Shown: piece by piece, positions 10,363 through 19,653 of the stretch
Layout of the letters: the number at the start of each line of letters is the position of its first letter
Numbering within the stretch: the stretch's first letter is position 1
DNA from: an uncultured delta proteobacterium
Lineage (GTDB): Bacteria; Desulfobacterota; Binatia; JACPRU01
Direction: 5' to 3'
NCBI GenBank assembly: GCA_963708955.1
Contig: CAVPWJ010000182.1
Coordinates: 10,684 to 74,683, forward strand
Length of the DNA: 64,000 nt
The notes under the pieces: model-generated
The model's database searches: none
What the model was told of the DNA's origin: nothing
The model's input: only the letters and a program-made list of their open reading frames with translations
Program-made: the position numbers and the translations under genes

Positions 10363-11409
10363 GTGCGCGTGGCGATCGCGACCGCGCAGGTTCCGTTCGT
10401 CCGCGGCGGAGCCGAGCTGCTGGCGACGAACTTGCGCGACGCGCTGATCGCCGCCGGCCACGCCGCCGACGTGGTCGCGCTGCCGTTCAAGTGGTATCCG
10501 GCGGCGGAGATTCCCAAGCACGTGCTGATGGCGCGGCTCGTCGACCTCGGAGAGTCCGACGGCCGGCCGATCGACCGCGTGATCGCCCTCAAGTTTCCCG
10601 CTTACTGCGTGCGCCATCCCTGCAAGGTACTGTGGCTGCTCCACCAGCACCGGCCGGCGTACGAGCTGTGGGGGACCGAGGACTGCGACCTGATCCGATT
10701 TCCCGACGGCCGGCTGGTGCGGGACTTCGTGCGCGACGTCGACCACAAGTTCGTCGCCGAAGCGCGCGCCGTGTACGGCATCTCGCGCGAGGTGGTCGAA
10801 CGTCTGACGGGCTTCGTCAACGTCGACGCCGATCCGCTCTATCCGCCGCCGGATCGCGCCGAGACGTTCCGCTCCGGTGAGTTCGGCGACTACGTCTTCT
10901 TCCCGAGCCGGATCACGCCGTACAAGCGCCAGCTCCTGCTGATCGACGCGATGGCGAAGGTGCGATCGCCGGTCCGCTGCCTCCTCGCCGGCGCCGCCAC
11001 CGAGCCCGACATCGCCTTTCAGGTCGAGCACCGCATCGACGTCCACGGCTTACGCGATCGCGTGCGGCTGCTCGGACCCGTCGGTCACGAAGAAAAGGTG
11101 CGCTACTACGCCGAGGCACTGGCGGTGTTCTTCGGCCCGCTGCGCGAGGACTACGGGTTCGTCACCCTCGAGGCCATGCTCTCGCGTAAGCCCGTGGTCA
11201 CCTGTACCGACAGCGGAGGCCCGCTCGAGTTCGTCGAGAACGGCGTCAACGGTTTCGTGGTGGAGCCCGATCCGCAGGCGATCGCCGAGCGGCTCGACGA
11301 GCTCTACTGGAACCGCACGCGCGCGAGAGATCTCGGCGAATCGGGATACGCCGGCTACCAGGCAAAGGAGATTTCCTGGGAACGGACGCTCGAGCGGCTG
11401 CTGCGATGA
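10363..11409 (+). CDS. Glycosyltransferase family 4 (GT-B, Glycos_transf_1 C-terminal domain)
   Basis: GTG start at 10363. The C-terminal domain carries the GT4 EX7E-type region GFVTLEAMLSRKPVVTCTDSGGPLEFVENGVNGFVV. The N-terminal domain is Rossmann-like (VAIATAQVPFVRGGAE). Confidence 0.8.
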   Translation: MRVAIATAQVPFVRGGAELLATNLRDALIAAGHAADVVALPFKWYPAAEIPKHVLMARLVDLGESDGRPIDRVIALKFPAYCVRHPCKVLWLLHQHRPAYELWGTEDCDLIRFPDGRLVRDFVRDVDHKFVAEARAVYGISREVVERLTGFVNVDADPLYPPPDRAETFRSGEFGDYVFFPSRITPYKRQLLLIDAMAKVRSPVRCLLAGAATEPDIAFQVEHRIDVHGLRDRVRLLGPVGHEEKVRYYAEALAVFFGPLREDYGFVTLEAMLSRKPVVTCTDSGGPLEFVENGVNGFVVEPDPQAIAERLDELYWNRTRARDLGESGYAGYQAKEISWERTLERLLR

Positions 11410-12047
11410 GGATCGCCTATTTCGGGCCGCTGCTCCCGCGCCGCGGAGCGGCCGTGGAATACGCCGAGCGGCTGCTGCCGCGGCTGGCGCGCGGCGCCGA
11501 GGTTGCGGTACTGGTCGACGGCAGCGCTCCGGCGAGCCCGGCGATCGCCGAGCGTTGCCGCGTGCACGATCTCCGCGAGGTGCACTATCGGAATCTCCTC
11601 TGGACGTTCGATCTGGCCGTCTATTCGTTGGCGCAGGGAGGAGAGCACGAGTACCTCTACGAGGCCCTGTGCGAGTGGCCGGGAGTCGTCGTGGCCCACG
11701 GCGACCTCGATCCGCCGTTCTCCCTTCACCCCCGTCTTCGCCGCGCGGTGCTGGAGCGCTCGTTGGCGGTGGTGGCCGACTCGCAGGAGGCCGCCCGGCG
11801 GCTGCGCGCCGGCGGTGGATCCGCGTCCGTGTTCGTCGTCGAGCCGCCGACCGGCGAGGGTGACGAACCGGCGCGGCGGCTGCTCGAAATCTTTGCCGAG
11901 GCGCTGCCGCGACGCGAGCTCTGGCTCGCTTCGCTGCTCGAAACGGCGTGCGCGGAGATGCCGGGCTTCCTGCCCGCGGAGCGGTCGGCGCCGTGGCGCG
12001 CGGAGATCGACGAGCTCATCGAGCTGGCGGCCGGGCCGACCGCGTAG
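11406..12047 (+). CDS. GT4 N-terminal-domain-only protein (truncated glycosyltransferase or non-catalytic partner)
   Basis: The start ATG overlaps the upstream GT4 stop (ATGA). MRIAYFGPLLPRRGAAVEYAERL...VAVLVDG resembles a Glyco_trans_4 N-domain. No C-terminal catalytic domain follows before the 164-bp non-coding gap. Confidence 0.5.
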   Translation: MRIAYFGPLLPRRGAAVEYAERLLPRLARGAEVAVLVDGSAPASPAIAERCRVHDLREVHYRNLLWTFDLAVYSLAQGGEHEYLYEALCEWPGVVVAHGDLDPPFSLHPRLRRAVLERSLAVVADSQEAARRLRAGGGSASVFVVEPPTGEGDEPARRLLEIFAEALPRRELWLASLLETACAEMPGFLPAERSAPWRAEIDELIELAAGPTA

Positions 12048-12211
12048 ATCACCGCGCCGAATTCCGCCGTCACGGCGGCGAGCCGGCAGCGGGCGTGCCT
12101 CGCGAAGCTGCAAGAGCAGGAGCCACGTGGGCGAGGGCGGGTTTAGGTCCGCGCCTTTTTCAGGCAAACTGGCCGCCGGTTCAACACCTTTCGCGACGAA
12201 AGCAGGTGCCC

Positions 12212-13579
12212 ATGTCGGCTTCGAGTGACCGCATACGGCTTTTCGCCAGCCCGCGAGCAACCGTCGGAGTGATTGGCCTCGGTTACGTCGGCCTGCCGCT
12301 CGGCTTGGCCATGGCGGAAGCCGGCAAGCGGGTGGTCGGTCTCGACGTCGATGCCGTCAAGATCGACAAGCTGGAGCGCGGCAAGAGCTACATCCGTCAC
12401 ATTCCGAGCGAGCGCGTCGCCGGCTTGCTCGGTCGGGTGCGATCAAGCGACGAGATCCCGCGTGCGGACGCGGGCAAGCTCTTCCCGTCGAGCGACTTCT
12501 CCGCGCTCGTGCATTGCGACGCGATTCTCATCTGCGTGCCGACCCCGCTCACCGAGGGCCGCGAGCCGGATTTGAGCTACGTGCGGGACACGGCGGAGAC
12601 GATCGCCCAGCACCTGCGGCCGGGGCAGCTCGTGGTGCTCGAGAGCACCACCTACCCTGGAACCACGGACGAGGTGGTGCGCCCCGTGCTCGAGCGCGGC
12701 GGGCTGGTCGCCGGACGCGACTTCTTCCTGGCGTTCTCTCCCGAGCGCGAAGATCCCGGCAACCCGCGCTTCAACACCCGCACGATTCCCAAAGTGGTCG
12801 GCGGCGTCACGCCGGAGTGCGGCGAGCTCGCCACGGCGCTCTACGCGAGCTTTCTCGACCGGGTGGTGACCGTGTCGAGCGCGCGGGTGGCGGAATCGGC
12901 CAAGCTGCTCGAGAACATCTACCGCTCGATCAACATCGCGCTCGTCAACGAGCTGAAGATGCTGTTCGAGCGCATGGGCATCGACGTGTGGGAGGTGATC
13001 GAGGCCGCGGCGACCAAGCCGTTCGGCTTCACGCCGTTCTACCCCGGGCCCGGCCTCGGCGGGCACTGCATCCCGATCGATCCATTCTACCTGACCTGGA
13101 AGGCTCGGCACTACGACTTCTCGACGCGGTTCATCGAGCTTGCCGGTGAGATCAACACCCACATGCCGTACTGGGTGGTGGAGCGGGTGGCCGAGGCGCT
13201 CAACCAGCGGGGCAAAGCGCTACGTGGCGCGGTCGTGCTGGTGCTCGGCGTTGCCTACAAGAAGGACGTCGACGACCTGCGCGAGTCGCCTTCGCTCAAG
13301 GTGATCGAGATCCTCGAGTCGCGCGGCGCGGAGGTGAGCTACAACGACCCCTACGTGCCGTCGCTGCGGGCCAAGCGCCTGCGCCATTACGACACGTTCG
13401 ATCTGGACTCGGTGCCGCTCGACGAGCGGCGGCTCGCCGAGGCGGACTGCGTGCTCGTCGCCACGGATCACAGCGACTACGACTACGACTGGATCGTTCG
13501 TCACGCCGCTCTGGTCGTCGACTCGCGCAACGCCACGCGCCACGTGGCCGACGGCCGCCACAAGATCGTCAAGGCGTGA
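12212..13579 (+). CDS. Nucleotide-sugar dehydrogenase (UDP-N-acetyl-D-mannosamine/glucosamine dehydrogenase family, WecC/UgdH-like)
   Basis: The N-terminal NAD fold is VGVIGLGYVGLPLGLAMA. The catalytic Cys is in GPGLGGHCIPIDP. The UDP-binding C-terminal domain carries VLGVAYKKDVDDLRESPS. Confidence 0.85.
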   Translation: MSASSDRIRLFASPRATVGVIGLGYVGLPLGLAMAEAGKRVVGLDVDAVKIDKLERGKSYIRHIPSERVAGLLGRVRSSDEIPRADAGKLFPSSDFSALVHCDAILICVPTPLTEGREPDLSYVRDTAETIAQHLRPGQLVVLESTTYPGTTDEVVRPVLERGGLVAGRDFFLAFSPEREDPGNPRFNTRTIPKVVGGVTPECGELATALYASFLDRVVTVSSARVAESAKLLENIYRSINIALVNELKMLFERMGIDVWEVIEAAATKPFGFTPFYPGPGLGGHCIPIDPFYLTWKARHYDFSTRFIELAGEINTHMPYWVVERVAEALNQRGKALRGAVVLVLGVAYKKDVDDLRESPSLKVIEILESRGAEVSYNDPYVPSLRAKRLRHYDTFDLDSVPLDERRLAEADCVLVATDHSDYDYDWIVRHAALVVDSRNATRHVADGRHKIVKA

Positions 13580-13688
13580 ACGGCGAGTGACGTCCGGCAC
13601 TTCGCCGCACGCGGTGGCGCAAGCGCCGCCGCGGCATCATCTTTCGGCCATCCGGCCGGAGGGAGAGGCGACGGGCGCGGGGAGCGGT

Positions 13689-14633
13689 CTACTGCCCCTC
13701 GGTTTCGAGGAAGCGCTCGGCGTCGATCGCCGCCATGCAGCCGGTGCCTGCCGCGGTCACCGCTTGTCGATACGAAGGATCCTGAGCGTCGCCGCAGGCG
13801 AAGACACCGCGCACGCTGGTGTCGGTGGTCTTGCCGTGGGTGACGATGTAGCCGCGCTCGTCCATCTCGAGCTGGCCGCGGAAGATCTGCGTGTTCGGCT
13901 CGTGGCCGATGGCGATAAACACGCCGTCACAGCGGAGCTCCCGCCGAGTGCCGTCGCGGGTGTCGAGCAGCGTCACGCCGGTCACGCCGCCTTGCTTCGG
14001 GTCGCCGTGCACTTCGGCGACGGTGGCGTTCCACACGAACTCGATCTTCGGGTTCCGGCGCGCCCGATCCTGCATGATCTTCGAGGCGCGGAGCTGATCC
14101 CGGCGGTGGATGATCGTCACTTTGGTGGCGAACTTGGTGAGGAAGCTCGCTTCCTCCACCGCCGTGTCGCCGCCGCCGACGACGAGCACCTCTTTGCTCT
14201 TGAAGAAGAAGCCGTCGCAGGTGGCGCAGGCGGAGACGCCGTAACCCATCAGCCGCTTCTCCGATTCGATGCCCAGCAGCTTCGCGGCGGCTCCCGTGGA
14301 GACGATCAGCGTCGCGGCGCGCAGCACGCGGTCGCCGAGCATGATTTGGAACGGGCGCGTGGAGAGATCCACGCGGGTGACGTCGCCGGACTCGAAGCGG
14401 GTTCCGAACCGCTCTGCCTGTTTGCGGAAGAGGTCCATCATCTCCGGCCCGAGCAGTCCGTCGGGGAACCCCGGGTAGTTCTCCACCTCGGTGGTGATGG
14501 TCAGTTGCCCGCCCGGCTGCGACCCCGAGACCACCAGCGGCCGCAGGTTGGCGCGCGCCGTGTACAAAGCGGCGGTCAGGCCGGCCGGTCCCGAGCCGAG
14601 AACGATCACTTTTTCGTGGTCCGTCTGCGCCAT
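13689..14633 (-). CDS. trxB: Thioredoxin-disulfide reductase
   Basis: ATG at 14633 has an AGGAG SD. FAD motif: [14 protein letters not shown]. Redox-active motif: [13 protein letters not shown] motif: [12 protein letters not shown]. The product is 314 aa. Confidence 0.9.
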   Translation of the reverse strand: MAQTDHEKVIVLGSGPAGLTAALYTARANLRPLVVSGSQPGGQLTITTEVENYPGFPDGLLGPEMMDLFRKQAERFGTRFESGDVTRVDLSTRPFQIMLGDRVLRAATLIVSTGAAAKLLGIESEKRLMGYGVSACATCDGFFFKSKEVLVVGGGDTAVEEASFLTKFATKVTIIHRRDQLRASKIMQDRARRNPKIEFVWNATVAEVHGDPKQGGVTGVTLLDTRDGTRRELRCDGVFIAIGHEPNTQIFRGQLEMDERGYIVTHGKTTDTSVRGVFACGDAQDPSYRQAVTAAGTGCMAAIDAERFLETEGQ

Positions 14634-14667
14634 CGCATCTCCTTTGAGCAACGATTCTGTATAAAGT

Positions 14668-15216
14668 ATGTTTTGCCCAATGCAAGGTAGACGGCCGCCG
14701 GGCGCGGCGCTCACCCACCTCGACCGTCGCGGTCGGGCGCGCATGGTGGACGTCGGCGAGAAAGCCGTCACCGCGCGCGAGGCGGTGGCGCGAGGCGAGG
14801 TGAAAATGCGGCCGGAGACGCTGCGCGCGATCGTCGCGGGACGGACGAAGAAGGGCGACGTGTTGGCGGTGGCGCGGGTGGCGGGAATCCTCGCCGCCAA
14901 GCGCACGCATGAGCTGATCCCGCTCTGCCACCCGCTGCCGATCAGCGCGATCACCGTCGAGCTCGAGCCGAATCCCGCGCGTTCGACGATCGATGTCGAG
15001 GGCCGAGTGTGCGTCGAGGGCAAGACTGGCGTGGAGATGGAGGCGCTGACGGCCGTGTCCGTCGCCTGTCTGACGATCTACGACATGGCAAAGGCGATCG
15101 ACCGCGGCATGACGATCGGCCGCATCCGCCTGGTGCGCAAGAGCGGCGGCAAGAGCGGACTCTGGGAGCGCCGCGACCGGACCGCGAGCGGCCGGCGGAA
15201 TCTACCACGACGGTAG
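14668..15216 (+). CDS. moaC: Cyclic pyranopterin monophosphate synthase accessory protein MoaC
   Basis: [18 protein letters not shown]...[26 protein letters not shown]...[23 protein letters not shown] aligns along E. coli MoaC. The alternative start at 14680 is equally possible. Confidence 0.85.
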   Translation: MFCPMQGRRPPGAALTHLDRRGRARMVDVGEKAVTAREAVARGEVKMRPETLRAIVAGRTKKGDVLAVARVAGILAAKRTHELIPLCHPLPISAITVELEPNPARSTIDVEGRVCVEGKTGVEMEALTAVSVACLTIYDMAKAIDRGMTIGRIRLVRKSGGKSGLWERRDRTASGRRNLPRR

Positions 15217-15245
15217 CAGCGCGGACGGCGTCTCGCGACCGCCGC

Positions 15246-16175
15246 TCAACTGGGCGGCAGGAATGAGAACGGCCAAGTGACGACGACGGTGCCGGACGGC
15301 TCGGGAGGATAGCGCCAGCCGAGGATCTGATGGAGAATCGCCTGCTCGAGCTGTGGATTCTGGATCTGGCTCGAGACCAGGGTGACGTCGCCGACGCTAC
15401 CGCTCGAGGAAATCTGGTAGCGCACCACCATCAGGCCGCGCAGCGTGGGGGTGACGCGCAAGTGGTCGTCGTAAGCCCAGCGAAAGCCCACGAGGTAGCG
15501 CTGCGTCCATTCCCAAATCGCTGCGTAGCTGCGACTGGTGCCGCCGGCGCCGGCCCCCGAGACCGAAAAGCCGCCGCGCCCGATGCCGCCGCCCGCACCG
15601 GCCCCGCCGCCGCCGGGCCCCGGCAGCAAGACCGAGCCGGCGCTGCCGGTGACCGCCGGCCCGCCGGCCACGGCCGCATTGGAACGCGCCGTCCCCGACA
15701 TGCCGGTCGGCGCTTCGCTCTCGCTCGGCGCGTTGCGCGGCTGCACGCTCGACTCGACGCCTTCGAACGCTTGAGTGGTCGGTGCCAGACCGGTCTTGCC
15801 AAGCGCAGCAGCAAGCCGCCTCGGCTCCTCCACGGGACGCTCGACCGGGGCCGCTGGTTTGGGTGCGGGGCGGCGGGGTTGAGCGACTTTCACCTTGGGA
15901 GTGGGAGGCGCCGTCGGCGCTTCGGCCGCCTGCGCTTCTTCGGGCGCTGAGCCCACCGGCCCGGGCGCGACGCTCGGCTCGCCGGGCGGAGGCGAGGATG
16001 GCCCCCTTGGTCCCTCGAAGATCGCGACCTCAATCGGCGGCTCCGGGCGCTCGCGCTGCGCCAATAGGAACGCCACCACGCCGAAAGTCAGGTGAAGGAG
16101 GAGCGAGAGCGAGAGCGAGAGCGCTTGGCGGGACGTCGCCCGGTCGCCGCCCAGCATCCAGGTGGCAACGGACAC
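15246..16175 (-). CDS. tonB: Energy transducer TonB (Pro-rich linker, C-terminal TonB domain)
   Basis: N-terminal TM anchor (LLHLTFGVVAFLLA), a Pro/Ala-rich spacer, then a C-terminal TonB-like fold. It lies immediately downstream of exbB-exbD. The start may be the internal Met at 16157. Confidence 0.75.
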   Translation of the reverse strand: MSVATWMLGGDRATSRQALSLSLSLLLHLTFGVVAFLLAQRERPEPPIEVAIFEGPRGPSSPPPGEPSVAPGPVGSAPEEAQAAEAPTAPPTPKVKVAQPRRPAPKPAAPVERPVEEPRRLAAALGKTGLAPTTQAFEGVESSVQPRNAPSESEAPTGMSGTARSNAAVAGGPAVTGSAGSVLLPGPGGGGAGAGGGIGRGGFSVSGAGAGGTSRSYAAIWEWTQRYLVGFRWAYDDHLRVTPTLRGLMVVRYQISSSGSVGDVTLVSSQIQNPQLEQAILHQILGWRYPPEPSGTVVVTWPFSFLPPS

Positions 16176-16182
16176 TCGTCGC

Positions 16183-16596
16183 TCAGCCTTTGCGCACCGT
16201 CTCGACGGAGATCGCGAACTTCTTCACGCCCCCGGAGCGAACGAGATCGAGGAGGTGAATCACCTCGCCGTAGGGAACCTTCTTGTCCGCGCTGACGAGC
16301 ACTTGCACGTCGGCGTTGGCGGCCACTTCCTTCTGCACGAGCTGTAGCACGCTCGATTCCTCGACGCGCTTGTCGTTCAGGTAGATGGCGCCGCCGGAAT
16401 CGACGAGGAGGTGGAGGCTGCGCGGCGGCGGCTCGTCGGCCTTCGAGACTTGCGGCAGGTCGACCTTGACCGCTGGCGCCACGATGAAGCTCGCCGTCAC
16501 CATGAAGATGATGAGCAACACGAGTGTGACGTCGACCAGCGGCGTGACGTTGATGCCGGTGATCGAGTCGTCGTCTTCGTGCGATGAGCCTGCCAC
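16183..16596 (-). CDS. exbD: Biopolymer transport protein ExbD/TolR
   Basis: GINVTPLVDVTLVLLIIFMV signal-anchor; 137 aa, the typical size. Confidence 0.85.
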   Translation of the reverse strand: MAGSSHEDDDSITGINVTPLVDVTLVLLIIFMVTASFIVAPAVKVDLPQVSKADEPPPRSLHLLVDSGGAIYLNDKRVEESSVLQLVQKEVAANADVQVLVSADKKVPYGEVIHLLDLVRSGGVKKFAISVETVRKG

Positions 16597-17312
16597 TACG
16601 CGTTCTCCCGGAGCACGCGGACCCTCGTCTCCACTTTCGCGCCGGCCTTCAGGTGCGCGAGGATGATGCGCTCGATGGTCTCGGCGTTGGCCGCGAACTC
16701 CTTCACCTTTTTCGTGAAGTAGTTGTAAGCGATGACCGCGGGGATCGCCACCAGCAGGCCCATCGCCGTCGCCACCAGCGCCTCGGAGATGCCGGTCATC
16801 ACCGTGGTCGCGCCGGCCGCATTGCTGCCCGCCTGGCCGAGATCGTGGAACGCCTTGATGATGCCGAGCACGGTGCCGAACAGGCCGAAGAACGGCGCGT
16901 TGTTGCCCATGGTGCCGAGGATCATCAGGTACTTCTCGAAGCGCAGGCGCTCGGCGATCTTGCGGCTCGCCATCATCTCCTCGACGACCTGCTCTCCCCC
17001 GTTGAAGTGAGCGAGCGCGATCTTGGCGATGCGCGCCTCCGCGCCCTTCGTCATGTCAGCGAGCGCGGTCGCGCCGCTGACGTCGTCGCGCCCGAGCCGC
17101 TCGGTGAACGCCTCGATGAAGCGCTCGACCGGCGTGCGGTTGCGGAAGAAATAGATGAGGCGCTCGATCATCACCGTGACCGAGAGGACGCTGGCGAAGA
17201 TCAGGACCCACAGAACCCAGTCGCCGCCGATCAGCGTGAAGCCCTTGAGGGCTTCGGCGATCGTCGCTCCCTGGGCGGCGATCGCCGGGGTCGTCACTGC
17301 CGTTGGTTCCAT
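16596..17312 (-). CDS. exbB: MotA/TolQ/ExbB proton-channel protein
   Basis: Three-TM architecture with the conserved GTVLGII.AF motif. Its stop overlaps the exbD start. Confidence 0.85.
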   Translation of the reverse strand: MEPTAVTTPAIAAQGATIAEALKGFTLIGGDWVLWVLIFASVLSVTVMIERLIYFFRNRTPVERFIEAFTERLGRDDVSGATALADMTKGAEARIAKIALAHFNGGEQVVEEMMASRKIAERLRFEKYLMILGTMGNNAPFFGLFGTVLGIIKAFHDLGQAGSNAAGATTVMTGISEALVATAMGLLVAIPAVIAYNYFTKKVKEFAANAETIERIILAHLKAGAKVETRVRVLRENA

Positions 17313-17447
17313 CGCTTGTTCTGTCTCCTTCCGACTCTACTGCCCCCGCTCGATTTAGATCGCAACCTCGCGTAACCCATTTGGTCGTGGGAGGCCAGGG
17401 AGACTTCCGCAAAGCCGCAGGCGCGCGCGGGGCGATCAGGCTCGTCG

Positions 17448-17464
17448 CGCGCGCAGATTTTTCT
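17448..17464. repeat. Left copy of the 17-bp target-site duplication CGCGCGCAGATTTTTCT flanking the IS
   Basis: An identical 17-mer is found at 18885..18901, immediately outside the two IS ends. Confidence 0.8.
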
Positions 17465-18884
17465 GTCGTGGGTCAGTGAAAGTGTCCGGTTAACGGGTCA
17501 GTGAAAATGTCCGCCTCCTGGAAGAAGAAGGAGGATGGACAAGATGAGCGAGCGGCAGTGGAAGCGGCTGGACGCGGTTGAGCGGCTTGAGCGTGGAGCG
17601 CTGACGTTCGGGGAGCTGGCGCGTTTGATGGGATTGTCGGAGCGCCAGGTGCGGCGCGTGCGGCGGCGGGTAGCGGAGAGTGGTCGAGCTGGGGTGGTAC
17701 ACGGGAATACGGGGCGTGCGCCCGTGCACCGAATCGCCGACGAGGTGCGCAAGCGGATCGTGGAGCTGCGGTCAGGGAAGTACGAGGGCTTCAACGATCA
17801 GCACTTCACGGAGAAGTTGGGGGAGTTGGAGAAGATCTCGGTGTCGCGGGTGACGGTGCGGCGGGTGTTGCGAGCGGCGGGCATCGGCTCGACGCGGCGG
17901 CGCCGAGCTCGTAAGCACCGGCGGCGACGAGACCGCAAGGCGCAAGCGGGGCTGATGGCGCTGTGGGACGGGAGCCGCCACGACTGGCTCGAGGGGCGCG
18001 GGCCGATGCTGTGTCTGATGGCAGCGGTGGATGATGCGACGTCGGATCTGCTGCCGGGTGCGCACTTCGTCGAGCAGGAGTGCGCGGCGGGGTACCTGCG
18101 GGTGCTGAAGGCGATGGCCGAGGAGAAGGGGCTGCCGTGGAGCGTGTACATGGACCGCCACGGGAGCCTGAAGCGCAACGATGAGCACTGGACGCTGGAA
18201 GAGGAGCTTCGGGGAGAGCAGGACCCGACGCAGGTGGGCCGGGCGCTGAAGGCGCTGGAGATTGAGGTGATCTACGCCCTCTCACCGCAGGCCAAGGGGA
18301 GAGTCGAGCGGCTGTGGGACACGCTGCAGGATCGGCTGGTATCGGAGCTGCGCCTTGCAGGGGCGCGCACGTCCGAGGAAGCCAACGCGGTGCTCGAGCG
18401 GTACCGGCCGGACCACAGCCGCCGCTTCGGGGTCAGCGCGGAGAACCCCGAACCTGCCTGGCGCCGCGTTCGGGGCGCCACGGACCTCGCCCGCGTCTGC
18501 AGCTTCCACTACGAGGCGACAGTGCTGAACGACAACACGGTGCAGCTGGGCGGGACGGTCGTGATCGACATCCCGCCCGGACCTCGCAAGGGGAGTTACG
18601 CCAAGAAGCGCGTCGAGGTGCGTCAGCTCCTCGACGGCAGCTGGCGGGTGTACCTGGGCGACGCCTTGATCGCGACCGCGGCGACGACCACGACCGGCGA
18701 GCTGCGGGCCCTCAGGCGGAGGCGACGGCGCCCGCCGAGCGCGGCCGCGGCGGGGAAAACTCCAGTCGCCCTACGGGCTCCTTCCGTTTCCCCCGCCGCC
18801 GTGATGTCACCGTGAGGTCTAGACGCCTCGATGCGGACAGAATCACTGATCCGTTAGCTCGGACAGAATCACTGACCGTCGACA
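17465..18884 (+). mobile_element. Complete ISNCY-family insertion sequence (1,420 bp) with imperfect ~25-bp terminal inverted repeats and tandem sub-terminal repeats
   Basis: The left end GTCGTGGGTCAGTGAAAGTGTCCGG matches the reverse complement of the right end (GTCGACGGTCAGTGATTCTGTCCGG). Two tandem copies of GGGTCAGTGAAA[AG]TGTCCG sit at the left end (17470-17513) and two of CGGACAGAATCACTGA at the right end (18834-18877). A single transposase ORF lies inside and 17-bp direct repeats lie outside. Confidence 0.85.
17535..18815 (+). CDS. ISNCY-family transposase
   Basis: The N-terminal HTH block MSERQWKRLDAVERLERGALTFGELARLMGLSERQVRRVRRR...GNTGRAP...KYEGFNDQHFTEKL is characteristic of ISNCY/IS1202-group transposases. 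The product is 426 aa. Confidence 0.85.
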   Translation: MDKMSERQWKRLDAVERLERGALTFGELARLMGLSERQVRRVRRRVAESGRAGVVHGNTGRAPVHRIADEVRKRIVELRSGKYEGFNDQHFTEKLGELEKISVSRVTVRRVLRAAGIGSTRRRRARKHRRRRDRKAQAGLMALWDGSRHDWLEGRGPMLCLMAAVDDATSDLLPGAHFVEQECAAGYLRVLKAMAEEKGLPWSVYMDRHGSLKRNDEHWTLEEELRGEQDPTQVGRALKALEIEVIYALSPQAKGRVERLWDTLQDRLVSELRLAGARTSEEANAVLERYRPDHSRRFGVSAENPEPAWRRVRGATDLARVCSFHYEATVLNDNTVQLGGTVVIDIPPGPRKGSYAKKRVEVRQLLDGSWRVYLGDALIATAATTTTGELRALRRRRRRPPSAAAAGKTPVALRAPSVSPAAVMSP

Positions 18885-18901
18885 CGCGCGCAGATTTTTC
18901 T
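18885..18901. repeat. Right copy of the 17-bp target-site duplication
   Basis: Identical to 17448..17464. Confidence 0.8.
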
Positions 18902-18961
18902 TGACCGCGGCCCGCCGTCGCCGGGAGACTGGTATCGCCACCCCCGGTGACCGCGAGCTCC

Positions 18962-19645
18962 ATGTCGCGGCGAATCGATCAATGGCCGGTTTCCGAGCGT
19001 CCGCGCGAGCGACTGCTCGACGTCGGCGTGCGCGCCCTGTCCGACGCGGAGCTGTTGGCGTTGGTGCTGCGCACGAGCACGCTGCGCGGCTCGACCGCGC
19101 TCGATCAGGCGCGCGCCCTGCTCGCCGACTTCGCCGGGCTCCGCGGGCTCTCTCGCGCGGCGCCGGCCGAGCTGGTCGGTCGCCGCGGGTTCGGCGTGGC
19201 CAACGCCGCGGCGGTCGCCGCCGCGCTTGAGCTCGGCCGGCGGGCCGCCTGCGAGCGCGTTGACCGGGGCGGCGTCTTCCAGACCAGTGCCGACGTTTAC
19301 CGGCATCTGCGCGGGCGGCTCGCGCCGCTGCGCCAGGAGGTCTTCTGCGTGCTGCTGCTCGACGCCAAGCACCGGCGGCTGCGCGACGTTCAGGTGTCGG
19401 AAGGGTCGCTCACGGCGTCGATCGTTCACCCGCGCGAGGTGTTCGCGCCGGCCGTGCGCGACTCGGCGGCCGCGGTCATCCTCGTCCACAATCACCCGAG
19501 CGGCGACCCCGCTCCGAGCGCGGAGGACGTCAGCCTAACACGGCGGCTGCGCGAAGCGGGCGACATCGTCGGCATCCGCGTTCTCGATCACGTGATCGTC
19601 GGCGCGGAGGCGCACTTCAGCTTCGTCGACGCCGGCTACTGGTGA
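18962..19645 (+). CDS. radC: RadC-family JAB/MPN-domain protein (UPF0758)
   Basis: The HhH-like N-terminal domain is LSDAELLALVLRTS. The C-terminal JAMM motif is ILVHNHPSGDPAPSAEDVSLTRRL. Confidence 0.8.
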   Translation: MSRRIDQWPVSERPRERLLDVGVRALSDAELLALVLRTSTLRGSTALDQARALLADFAGLRGLSRAAPAELVGRRGFGVANAAAVAAALELGRRAACERVDRGGVFQTSADVYRHLRGRLAPLRQEVFCVLLLDAKHRRLRDVQVSEGSLTASIVHPREVFAPAVRDSAAAVILVHNHPSGDPAPSAEDVSLTRRLREAGDIVGIRVLDHVIVGAEAHFSFVDAGYW

Positions 19646-19653
19646 TCACCGCT

